From: Nemertoderma westbladi
Taxonomy: Eukaryota > Animalia > Xenacoelomorpha
Length of the DNA: 47,420 nucleotides
NCBI GenBank assembly: GCA_032718475.1
Contig: JAUCBJ010002486.1
Coordinates: 1-47,420 of the forward strand
Reading direction: 5' to 3'
Part shown: in pieces, positions 31,340-43,947 of the stretch
Numbering within the stretch: the stretch's first letter is position 1
Layout of the letters: the number at the start of each line of letters is the position of its first letter
Made by a program: the position numbers and the translations under genes
Notes under the pieces: generated by a model
Databases searched by the model: none
Told to the model about the DNA's origin: nothing
Seen by the model: only the letters and a program-made list of their open reading frames with translations

Positions 31340-34300
31340 ACACAAGTGATAGACAACAACGGGAAGTTGAGGAACAAGCTCAACTGTTGACGGCACAAGC
31401 GGCGGTAGAAGAAGAAAAACTACGCGTTGCAAATGTTGCGAGAATCTCTCATCTGCAAGAACAAGCTGAGTTGGAAGCAGCCGAAATGGAAAGGCTAGAG
31501 TTGGACATTGCACAACAAGCGGCAGCGGCCGAGTTAGCGCAACGAACAGCAGCGGCCGAGTTAGAGCGACAAGCGGCAGCAGCAGCGGCCGAGCTAGAGC
31601 GACAAAGGTTAGTTTCAGAAGCGAGAGCCGAGATGAAAAAACGGCAAATAAAGGCTCAATCAGCTATACGACAAGCGGAGTTCGAGGCGCAACAACAACA
31701 GACGGAACAACGCGAGAAAGAAGTTAAACTTCATTTCAAACTCGAGAAGAAGGCGAGAGAATTAGCCAACGCGAAGGAAGATCTGGATCTACAAGCCCGC
31801 GATCGATCGATGAGATCTCGTGACGGACATGATTTGGACCAGATAGAGGTAAGGCACCGCCAAATTCAGGAATGAATGAAGGAAGGAAGTGTAGGGGCAC
31901 CTGGGCGAGAAAGACAATTGGTCAAAGACTTATGTCAAAGATTCCCTCAAGTGAGTCAATCTTCGACACCAAAACTCGTTACGCACTACACGTACCCAAT
32001 GACGTTTAGGCCTACAAGGCCTTTGGATTCAAACGCTGTCGTCCGACCACCGTTTAATCAGTTTACATCGCAATCGACAACTTCGAGGAAGACTTGTGAG
32101 CCTACCGAACAACGGAGAACAGTGGATACGCGACCGTTTAATCAGTTTACATCGCAATCTACAACTTCGAGGAAGACTTGTAGCCTACCGAACAACGGAG
32201 ACCAGTGGATGATGTTCCGAAACGGAATGTTAGGATTCAGACAGCACAACGGACGCGAGCACGTCGACCACCGTATCCAGGTGACAGTAGTACTTCGAGT
32301 GAATCGGATTACCCGAAACGTGAGGTATTTAGAACAGGAGCGGCCGACGAATATAAACGTGAGCGTTCAGATAACTCCTTTATCGATAATCCTCCACAAA
32401 ATACACCAACACAGAAAGCGTTACAACCAACGGACGCAATTAGTACGCAACAACTCGCCGAAATAATGCGCCCAGTTGTCAACAAGTTGGCCCAGATAGA
32501 GGAACGTTTAGAGGAAACTCAAACCGATAGTTCGCGAGGTAACGAGTTCGAACACTTTAGACATCCGAAGCAGCAAAGAAAACAACCCTCGAGAAACACC
32601 TCGTATCAAGGAAAAGCGCCAAGACGAGAGAACATCAACTTGATTGCCAACCAAGGACGCGAAACTTTGAACGTGGCCGAGGAGATAGCGAAATTCGCAG
32701 CGAGACAAGGTTTACCGGTGCAACAACCACCGAAGTTTTCAGGTAACTCGAAACATTGGCACACCTTTGTGGACTACATCGAAACCCAAATAGCAGCGTG
32801 CGCCTTTACATCGAGGGAGAAATTCAACTACCTGCTACAAATGCTGACGGGAGAACCGAAACGTCTAGCGGAGACCTTTGTCGGTGTACCAGACGCCTTC
32901 GAACTAGCGTATGATCGCTTAACTTCGATTTACGGAGGCACGGTGAGTATGGCTAAGTCAGTGATAGAAGAACTCTGTAAAGGGGGGGCTATAACAAAAC
33001 CCGTTGACTTACTAAAATTAGCTGACGAGATTAAGAACGCCATTACTACACTACGCTCGATTGGACAACTTGACTACGCGAACACTCCGACAGTCCTATT
33101 AAAAATAATAGGAAGATTACACCATCGACTTCGTCGGGAGTGGCGAAAGATAGAATATCAGCGAGAAGAGAGAGGCGGATTCTTGAAGTTGGAAGACGTC
33201 TACTTACTGATATCCAGAGAGGCAGTAGTTGAGACGCGTTCGAACTACACGGACCAACATATTGTGGCGGAGGGAATAACATTACCATCCTCGAACCGAC
33301 AAAAACCTCAAACAACATCCACCAAGACGGTTACTTACGCCACATCGACCGACACCCGACAATTGTCGGACAGTAATAAGGTATCCGCACCAATTGGAAC
33401 CAAACAGATCCGACAGCAACTGACCACAGACTTTAGTGGTTGCCAATATTGCGAACGGCTAGGTAAACGACATACTAGCCATAAACTAAGAGGATGTCGA
33501 CTATTCCGCGAATTGAATTCGGAGGAACGACGACTACAAATACGGCCATTGGACTCTTGTTGGCGGTGTACGCTACATGGACATGTCCGTAAAGACTGCC
33601 CAAATACAGACACTTGTCCTTCTTGTGGACGCAATCATGACGGCTTGCTACATACAGACAGTCATACGCCGACCAAACGCTTCACCAGGGAACACCCGGA
33701 AGCGGCAGCAAGATGCAACACAGCATATAAGGGTCGAGAGTCGAAAACAACACCGACCTTCGTGACGCACATTAGAGATTGCTTCTCGGAACAATCAGGA
33801 TCGTCGGATGAAGAGTCGGAAGACGAAGACGTTTACTTTGATACTGGAGACGAACAACCATCGATTGCACTTCTGACGCCTGATCAATTAAAGGGGTTTA
33901 GTATAATTCCTGTCAAGATTACGGGCACAAAGGGGAGCAAACGGATCTACGCTATCCTGGATTCAGCCTCATCTCATAGCTACGTGGATGAGAAAGTAGC
34001 TGATGTTGTGACGGATCTCCGACAAGGTAAGAACGTCAGTTACACCGTAAGTAGTATGCATGGACAACGTGCAATACCAGTGACACGAGTTAAGTTGAAC
34101 TTAGACACTCTTCTTCCGAAATCGCAACATAGCGAAAGGGAGAGGTCTTTGTTACCCTTTAAAGATTTAACCTTTGCGGCCACAAAGGACTTTAGTAACC
34201 TACTAGGTCCTGTCCCAGAACAATCCTTGGAGGACCATAAGTACTTCAGACACCTTGGTGTACCTGAATGTCCTGTCAACTATAGGTCGGTAGCAATGCT

Positions 34301-37300
34301 GATCGGGACAGATCAATTCAACCTACATCAAGTGTGGGAAACCAGACCATCGGCAGTCGTAGCGGGAAACGCATACGCCTGTAGAACGCCGATAGGGTGG
34401 TATACTCGAGCGCCTATGCGCACACTGGATATAAGTGACGAGGAAGACGATATACAAAGTACATGTAGTTTATTAACTACAACTTCGACTCATTCCTTTT
34501 CACACGACGTAGACCATACTACACTACATTCAACAAAACATGACACGACGTGTGTAGCGAGAAGTATGATAAGTCACAAGGAGCAGCTAATCCACCAGGT
34601 GAGTTTAGAACTTGGGAAGAAGACGAGTCAGCCAGAGATTCCATCGACGACAGATGATAATGCCGGAAGGCTTGCGAGTCTACCTACACCAATAACCTCA
34701 ACAATGCCCGTCGATATCGATGACGACGCGTTAAGAAATCATCAAGTGGAACAAGCTGCACTGGACAAAGAACTAACGGAGAAGACTATCAGTTGGTTAG
34801 AACAAGATACAGCCGAACCTGGTAGCTACGAACCATGTATGTCGGAACAAGAGAAACAATCTTTGAAGATCATGGAAGATACTATCCGCCAGACGAAAGA
34901 CGGACATTATGAGGTAGGGATGCTATGGCGTAACCAACGTCCTAAACTCATAAATAACTATCCGCTAGCCTTAAGACGTTTACACTCAATACGACAACGT
35001 CTATTAAAGGACGAGAAAGCCCATCTGCAGTATAATACTCAGATGGAGACGTATTTGACCAAAGGATACGCTATCCGAATGACTAACCCAGAGATTGTGA
35101 CTGACCAGACATACTACTTACCACATCACTACGTGAGACATCCCGACAAACCAGACAAAGTACGTGTAGTTAATGACTGCGCGGCTCTGTTTGAGGGAAT
35201 GTCCCTCAATAGTGAGTTGATGGACGGACCAAACATGAACAATTATCTCATGGGGGTGATTATGTGCTTCCGTCAGCGTCAAGTAGCCTTTACTTGTGAC
35301 GTCGAAGCTATGTTTCACCAAGTGCGAGCGTTAGAGCGAGACAGAGACAGTTTGAGGTTCCTCTGGTACCCGGAAGGAGAATTAAGTCTACCACCGGCGA
35401 CTTACCAAATGCAAGTTCGCGTTTTCGGTGCCAGGGACAGCCCAAACTGTACGATGTACGCCCTAAAGCAAGCCGCTAGGGATCAGAAACATATATATGA
35501 CCCAGAGATAATCAAGATCGTAGAACGTGACTTTTACATGGACGATGGTTTACAGAGTTGTGACACAGTAGAACGTGCTATTACAGTAGCACATCAATTA
35601 CGGGACTGCTTAGCGGGCGGAGGTTTTAACCTCACCAAATTCGCCTCAAACAGTGCCGAATTGGTAGACTCATTCGGAACGACTGAGCGTGGAGGTGGTG
35701 ACATTGACCTAGAGTTCGAACCACTACCGACGACCAAGGTGTTGGGGCTCTTTTGGGACCCAAACACGGACAACTTTCGAGTGAAGGTGAGACTGGACAC
35801 TCAAGAAAACACTCTGACAAAGAGATCCTGCTTGTCAAAATTGAGTCGATTGTTCGATCCATTAGGATTCATCAGCCCAATAATACTGCAAGCCAGAATT
35901 TATATGCGCAGTATTTGGAAGGATGGACTGATATGGGACGAGCCGATCTCATCAGAACAAGTGGACTTATGGAAAACCTGGGAGGCAGAATTATCTTCGC
36001 TAGAGGATTATTCCATACCCAGAGTGTACTTTCCATTACAAACGACGTTTCCTGACAACTTGGAATTACATTGTTTCTCCGATGCCAGTGACAACAGCTT
36101 TGGTGTGGCAGCGTATTTACGCAGACAAGTAGACTCAGACGAGTTTGATGTTTCGCTCATTACTTCTAAGGCTAAGACCATGCCTAATAAGTATATGACG
36201 ACACCACGCGCTGAGCTACAAGCCGCAACCCTGTCAACCACAATCGTGAACCTTATACAGACGGAACTACAGTCAAGTTTACAGATATTTTATTGGACTG
36301 ACGCGACGTTGGTTTTGTTTTACATAAACAACGACACACTTGAATTCAAGCCATTCGTAGCTAACCGTCGCGCAGAAATTCTAGACCGTTCAATAAAGGA
36401 AGATTGGCGACATTGTCCCGGACCACAAAATCCAGCCGATATTGCGTCGCGAGGAATGATGCCTGAGGAATTCTGTAAACCGGAGAACAAAGAATTTTGG
36501 CAGCACGGACCACAATTCTTGCAAAGATCAACACTACATTGGCCGCCACTATACGACAACAAGTCTAACACTATCCCTAAAGACGCGGAAATTAAAAAAC
36601 CAAAGAAAGGGAAAGCAAAGAAAAGGACGGCGGCTAAACTCAAGAAAAAACCAAAGGCGAAATGGAAGGATATAACTTCAAAGGTCAAGAACGGAAGACT
36701 TGCGAGCCTTTCTACACCAGACGTATCGCCAGACAAACAACCAGACGCGTTACTAGACGGTCAACCAGACGTTTTGCCAGACACGTCACTAGATATTTCG
36801 CCGGATGTTCCGCGAAACATTTTACCAGACATGTCACAAAATGTTCTACCAGACACTAGTAACATATTGACAAATAGTAAAGCCGCAGTTTCCCTATTGG
36901 AGCGGCCTTGTATTGACAAACTACCAAATCTGACACACTTGAGCAACCATAAGCACAGTGAAACCTCATGTATTACAGATGTGGGTAGTACCTACGCTAA
37001 TGTAAATACAGGTGTTACTTTGCGCTCAAGAGACATACCAAACTTGCAACCTATGGCGAGACCTGGGATTAATATCGGCAGAAAAATAAGTTTACCAAAA
37101 CCCAGTGACCCCATAGAGTTCAAACCACCATTAACGATCGACTTACAAAGTACTGACAACCAAGGTAAGAAAACAAGGAAGGACAAATTACTTGTAGACC
37201 CGGACGGATCAACAGTCAACAAGGGAATACCTACCGGCGGACCCGTGGGCCCTTCTAGTAAATCAAAATCTTCCAAATTCTCCATTGACTTACCTGATGA

Positions 37301-38825
37301 CGTCACAAATACTTACGTCGACCGCATTGTAAACCTAACAGATTCTTGGACAAACGCTTGCCGAAAATTAGCGTGGATTGTACGTTTTGTACAATACATT
37401 AAAGGCCAACGCGACTTTACACGTCGACTTACATTGACTGAGATTGAAAGGTGTGAAATTAAATTAATTCGCCATTACCAACTGCGATATTTCGCACGCG
37501 AATTCACATCTATAAATCAAGGTCAACCAATCAAGTCGTCACCAATATTGAGTTGGAGTCCGATAATTTATAATGGCTTAATTTGTCATAAATCTCGGCT
37601 TCAAAACATTGACTTTAACACAAACTTTAGATACCCAATAATAATACCGCAACATCACGAATTACAACGTGCAATGATACTGGACGCACATTTACATCTG
37701 AAACACGCTGGAAGACACCACTGTCTTTCCTACTTACTTACAAGATTTGTATTAATTAGACCCAGTAAAGCGTTAAGTTCAGTGACACGTACGTGTATTA
37801 TTTGTAAAAAGGTACACTCTAGAATAGGTACTCAAGAAATGAGTGAACTTCCACAAGCACGACTCCAAGCATTCAGACCACCTTTTACAGAGACTGGAAT
37901 TGATTGCTTTGGTCCCATACATACGAAACGCGGACGTATACTAGTAAAACGCTGGGGACTGATTTTCACATGTATGTCCAGTAGGGCAGTTCATATTGAA
38001 CGTGTGATGGATCTTTCCACCAACGCGTTTATACTAGCATTGCGGCGATTTATCGCTAGACGCGGACTAGTGAAATGCTTGTACTCAGACCAAGGGACAA
38101 ACTTTGTTGGTGCCCGAAATGAAATTGCTAGAGCCTTTAAGAAATTAGATCATGATCAAATCTCAAACGAACTACGTCCTTACAAGATTGTTTGGAAGTT
38201 TAATCCTCCAGATAGTCCATGGAGAGGCGGAGTCTGGGAGAGATTGATTAGATCTATAAAAACAGCCATGGCAAAAGTAATTCCAGTAAACCACATTTTG
38301 ACAGACGACCAACTGACAACACTGTTTGTTGAAATCGAGGCAATACTAAATACTAGACCAATAGTATTAGTACCCGATGACAAACAATCCCAGTTTGCTT
38401 TAACACCAGCACACCTGCTTATGCAGGCACCGACTACATTAACGCCTATTTCTTTTCCAATGGAAGGCGATAGCTACGGTAGAAAAGCGTGGAAAATCAC
38501 GCAACTACTAGCTAACAAATTCTGGGAAATATGGCAAAACCATTATTTGCCCTCTATTTCTGCCAGAACAAACTGGTACAATAACACCCGCGCATTAAAG
38601 CCAGGAGATCACGTGCTGTTAGCAGAAGTGAATCTAAAAAGACGCTTCTGGATAACAGGTGTAATTTTAGCCACACATCCATCTATGGATGGAGTGACAA
38701 GAACTGTGACGGTACGGACAATTGACGGTCGTACAGTAGACAGACCGACTCAACGTCTCGTACTTCTTGAAGAGACTCGTAACGAGTCTGGAGACTACAA
38801 ATCTCCAACAAATGTTAGTAAATAA
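31340..38825 (+). CDS. gag-pol: BEL Gag-Pol polyprotein, 3' exon (two lesions: TGA at 31873-31875 and a 1-nt deletion near 32181)
   Basis: Coiled-coil region; PPKFSGNSKHW (BEL Gag core); three Cys/His knuckles; protease YAILDSAS; RT YLPHH...FYMDD; RNase H LHCFSDAS; integrase H-H-CIIC, IDCFGP, SDQGTNF, GVWERLI; FWEIWQNHYL. Repaired, spliced product is about 2774 aa. Confidence 0.93.
32050..32212 (+). repeat. 84-bp tandem duplication in gag; the second copy lacks one base
   Basis: CCGTTTAATCAGTTTACATCGCAATC... twice; TTGTGAGCC versus TTGTAGCC explains the frameshift between ORFs 31876 and 32205. Confidence 0.92.
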
Positions 38826-39489
38826 TTAGGAGTTTACAAATAGATTTCCACATACCTGTACACCGTAGTAAGGACAGAGGTAGAATTCCATTGTCTTTTT
38901 ATATGTGAACATTGAGGGTAGTACCCTTATGTGTCACATAGGAGCGGGATTTGTAGGTATAAGAAATGGAATTCTACTTGGAACTCACAATATTGAGACA
39001 TTTTCGAAATTTTAGACAATCCATTTGGATTTGAAAAATTTTTAAAATTTTCTCCAGTGAATAGATTTCAGGGTACAGTCGGGTGGAACTTAAAATTAGA
39101 GAAACAAGAGAGGAAGACTTGCGAGCCTTTCTTAAAATTTTAATTAAATTTTACACGGTCTTGTTTCAATAAGTTACGTCAATAAATAGACTTCCCTATA
39201 TTTATTACTAATTCTTGACTGCTTATTTTCTGATAATAGTTTGGGATCAAAAAGTGAGTATTTTAGACTCACAGCCAGTTTAGCCCAAATTCGTTTTTAT
39301 TTCGGCAAAAAATTTTAGATAAGAAGCAGCGTGTCATTAAAGAAACCCTAGATCTTAGGCTATGGGTAGGAGGTTAGAGCGTTGTCGAGCCAAAAGGGCA
39401 GACGAAAACTCTCACGTCTCCTCACAACTAACTACAAACTCTGTTGTATTCCCTCTAGTAGTAATGATTATGTAACTACACCTCTAATT

Positions 39490-42400
39490 ATGGAGAAGGA
39501 GATACATGGAGAGCCGAGATGGGGATATGATATCCAAGAGGAAGCAGCAGCGCCATTCGAGAGATTTGGAGCCAAAGACTACACTATATTTGGTATAAAG
39601 GAATTATCAGAAAGTACTGCGAAACTCGCGAGAACGAAATATGACTCAAATGTATTAAAGAGAAGGCAAAACGCATTAAATGAAAGAATCGAAAGTTTGC
39701 GCAAAACCTTCAATGAACTTTACCCGTACGACGCTTTGTGTGATACGGGAGACATTAGCGAAGACCCCGATACTGAAATTAGTCGTTTGTATCATACCAT
39801 GCAATACCTAAAGGCGCACGAACCTATGCCTGCGGTACGAGATGAATTCGATGGAATGCACCTTTACAGACGAACTCGAGGGGACGATAGAGAAACCAAG
39901 GAAGCATTTTCAGTTTATAAACTTTATTATCAATGCGGTTCTTGTATGCGCGAACAACGAAATGCGATTCCAATGCGTTTGAATAAGGAAAATCCTGAAC
40001 CGATATTGGCGAGGTGTTCGAACCATCAACAACTACGCTACCAGGAAGGAGGGTATCCTTTATCAAATCCATATCATTCGTTTGCTATGACCGGACCAAA
40101 GGCGGGAGAAACTGTCGTTTACCCACCTAAGGTTGTTGAACCCGATGTATTTGAACTTACGCTGGACGAGGCGAATCAGTCAACCCGCGTAAAGAAAGAA
40201 GCTCTTAGCCTATACAGAGCCTACAAGGCTTTCGAGAAAGGTGAGATGGAAGAATGGGGCGGAAGACTCGCGAGCCTACCTTACCATTGGACGTCACACG
40301 ATCAAACTCCAGCTAAGGAGATGACACCGGAAGTTTTCGAGAGCATAAACTTTGCTCAAAACTTTATTCAGAGACTACAGATTGCATCCCCGGAGAGGAC
40401 AAGAGAAATGCAACCATTTAGTACTTCGACTACGAAACCATTGAGTACGACACTCAATTTTCCTATTAGTATACCAGTCCGACAGGATACGACATACGAA
40501 ATACCCATCGTGGATCATCCAGAAATCATTTCAAACTTGGAGTTCCTTCCTGCAGTTGTTTTCAGCGATATGAGTAAGATATATGATTTACGTAGACATA
40601 TTACTCAAAAGGTCATGTATAACGTTCCACCTCATATTCAAGACTTTAAGGAACTGGATAGAGCTGGTGCTGATATAGCTCCGAGTAATTTGAAAGGATA
40701 TCTAACCAGAACGATTCGTTTATGGATTGGAACTGGAACCTTCGAGTCAGATACAGATATTGCCGCGGATTGGCGAGGTAAGGTTATTCGTTTCGAAGAT
40801 GATAAGGACATAGAAAAGATTTGGCAACCTTCGGAAGAATTGTTGGATGAATGGAATAGAACGTTTAGATCGTTTCAGGAAAATGGTTACATGTTTTACG
40901 ATAACGAGGGCGGCAGTCATCAACAGAGTTTGACTTCTAAGACTATACAAATTAGAGCGGCGGACGGAGTCTTGCACGTTTTCAGTAGACAGAGGAGCGA
41001 CAAACGAATGCCGATACCTCCAGCAAATACAAAGCGACACCATCTCATCACTGACATAGTAAAGAAGATGGACCAAGCTTGTAATATCGATGCTAGAATG
41101 CTACCGAAGATGGTAAGAAATATGATTTTAGATAAAACTGTTGTAAAGATTGGATCAGGAGTAAGGGAGGACTTAATTAGCGACTTCGCCGGCATGACGG
41201 ACAGCGATGACCGACTACCGACACCGTACGTCGACACTCGACCTCTTATTCTGTGGTCTATAGAACAGGGATATTTTCGTGAGTATAATACTCAGAAGAC
41301 TGGAACTGGATACATTTCCTACCTGTTATTCAATTGGGATTATAAGGAAAGTAAGAGAGCCAAGTATATTGAGACTTATGGAGAAGGTGATACTCCAGAT
41401 ATGAGTGAGTTTGAATCACAGCTCAAATGGAGAGGATGCGTGTATTGGGCTATTACGTCACCTCCAAGAGCGGTCCTACAATATTATTTAGCAATAGAGT
41501 CGTCAGTGAATGTTTGCTTAATCGCCGACATCGTGTCTCGGACTCTTAAAAGACATCCACTTTGTCTCGGAGAAGATCATACGTTCTACATGGAAGGGAG
41601 AATTCATACCGACGTGTTTAGACGATTTCTTGAACCCTTCTACAACTCCGACGCTCAGTGTAATGCCTTTACTCGAGCAGGATTTAGTATATTTCGAGAC
41701 GTGTATCTTCGCTGTGCGGGATCTCTTATCGAAAGACCATCTATGTTTACATTGTTACCCTATGAAGGAGAACGTATCGTGGAGGTTATGGATGAATCAC
41801 GGCAGACGCGCGCGCCCATCGGTCACCTTGGTGATGATTTCGAAGTAACTACTACGATCACTGACGATCCTTTAGAGGAACTTCTTGAGATAGAAAGGAA
41901 CCTCCCGAAGAAATCTCAGACGGAGATTCGACAACTTGAAGCAACAGATGCTGTAGTTTGTATACAACCTTCAGAAACATACCAACCCATAGATCCAGAT
42001 GATTATGATTATAGTGTGGGAGGAAGCGCTCGACCAATTGGAGATCTTATATACGAACGAGTGTGGTACCCTGCCAATACGATGTGTGGTAAATGAGGCG
42101 TCGCTGGACATCATTTGACCAAGTGCAGTGGAAAGCACATTACTACGACTCAACTAATCTGTGGATGGTGTGGAGATCAAGGGTCTCATACCTTTTATAC
42201 TTGCTGGAGATTTATGGCTCAATGTACTTATTGCAATATAAAAGGGCATCGAGCATCTGAATGCCAACTAAGAGACATACCTTATGAACACGAATCTGTA
42301 AAACTCGTGAGAAAACTATTCGATGAGTGGGAAGATTTAGCCGACGAACATGTATCGGCACAAAGAAGACGATTTCCGATGAGGGCGCATCTTGGATTTT

Positions 42401-42843
42401 GGGCGGTAAATCCCCAAACAATGATGTCGGAAGGATACATCTCCGCTATGCCCCAATATGACGAACTTATTGAGGTAGTCGATATTTTGCCTCACGACAG
42501 TGGATTCCGAGTAGTGCGTGAGTATCTATTACAGATTCACCCAGACAACAAGAACACGTGGAATTTTCAGAAAGTCGTAAATCGTATCACGTATGGTGAA
42601 TTTGATCGTTTCCGAACTGAAAAGCGGAATAAAGGAGCTTGGTTAACCGTAGCGTGGGCATACCGAGCCGCGTTTTACCACAAACGTATACGAGCGAGCG
42701 TATTCGAGGAAGAGGAGATCCTAGAGGCGACAAATATACCAGCCACTCCGGTTGCGCCGTCTGCACGTCACCCTCGGGAGGACGGACAGGGTAGGATCAT
42801 AAGGGTCCCAGAAAGTGAGCCAACAATTAAAGAAGTCTATTAA
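39490..42843 (+). CDS. Accessory ORF2: WRN/EXD-like DEDDy 3'-5' exonuclease domain plus CCHC zinc knuckles (one in-frame TGA at 42094-42096; possible frameshifted tail to 43216)
   Basis: ExoI-like MFYDNEG (40891), IQI, LPKMVRNMILDKTVVKIGSGVRED (ExoII-like), YVDTR, QYYLAIES (ExoIII-like). Then CGK*GVAGHHLTKC, CGWCGDQGSHTFYTC and CTYCNIKGHRASEC. ORFs 39382 and 42115 are in the same frame. Confidence 0.75.
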
Positions 42844-43324
42844 TATAGAAGAACGCAAGGGAGTTGAGCCGACCATTCGAATTACTCGGGATACGGTATC
42901 GCTTCCTAGAGAACCAACAGGAGGATCGGGACATACACCAGCTGATCAAAAGGGGGCGCAAGCTACTCTTGGGTCTGCGTCGTCCGCTTCCCGCGCGTTC
43001 CCAGACGTTTTACCAACTGTAGTGACAACTGATCGGTCACGAGGAATCGGTCGAGGTTTCGGGATACCTAATAGACGAATTTGTGAGGAAACGGTCGCAC
43101 TGTCTCCCAACGTCCAAGCGAAACCAGTGACTCGCCCCACGAGTCCCATATCGCGAGCAAAGTCACCTGTGCGCAGTTTTCGAGGACGCGGCAGGGCTCG
43201 ATCCACTAAGCGATAAAAGGGAGGGCAAGGGTGGACGGAAGACTCGTGAGCCTTTCTTGTGAATTTGTGATTTATTTGAATTATATGTTTTATATTTAGT
43301 AAGTTTTGTATTCTGGAAGAACTC

Positions 43325-43380
43325 ATATTTAGTAAGATTTATATTTAGTAAGATTTATATTTAGTAAGATTTATATTTAG
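43325..43380 (+). repeat. 16-bp tandem repeat ATATTTAGTAAGATTT (~3.5 copies) in the AT-rich 3' UTR
   Basis: Directly visible; lies within a looser ~290-bp duplication (43232 / 43519). Confidence 0.85.
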
Positions 43381-43938
43381 AAGGAAGTTATATTTTGCAA
43401 GATTTATATTTTATATTTGTGATTATTCCGAACTTATGCAATTTATATTGTTCCGAATACTATGCAATTTATATCTTATAAGCAGTATTTGTATTTACAG
43501 TGAAATAGAAAGTAAGAGTAGATGGAAGACTCGTGGGCCTTTCTTATAGTTTCATTTGTAAAGTGTTATATTTGTATTTAGAAAGTTTTATAGTTAGAAA
43601 GTTTTGTACTTAGAAAGACTCATATTTGTAATTATTCCGAACTTATGCAATCTACATTTAGGCACGAAAGTATTTGTAATTATTTGAATTTATGCAATAT
43701 TTGAGATGCAATAGATTTATATTGGTGAATTTAATTTAGATTTATATTGTGCTTACTTAGTAAAGCCTTAAATATGTAAAGTTTGAATTTGTAATTATTT
43801 TGTATCGAATCATTATGTAGAAAGGAAGTATTGCTTGAAATTTAATTTGTAAATATGTAAGTACGCCCTAAGTATTCTATAATTTGATTGATTATTGGTG
43901 AAAACCGTATATTTTATGCACGATAATATCCTGTTTTC

Positions 43939-43947
43939 ATGGAGCGG
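43939..43947 (+). promoter_or_regulatory. Short polypurine tract abutting the 3' LTR
   Basis: ATGGAGCGG immediately before the first LTR base, preceded by a T-run. Confidence 0.55.

Noticed and set aside
39382-42096. Envelope glycoprotein
   Set aside because: No evident signal peptide or transmembrane helix; the motifs fit a nuclease and zinc knuckles.
42094-42096. Selenocysteine codon at a Cys position
   Set aside because: A single TGY-to-TGA substitution explains it, the copy has other lesions, and I identified no SECIS.
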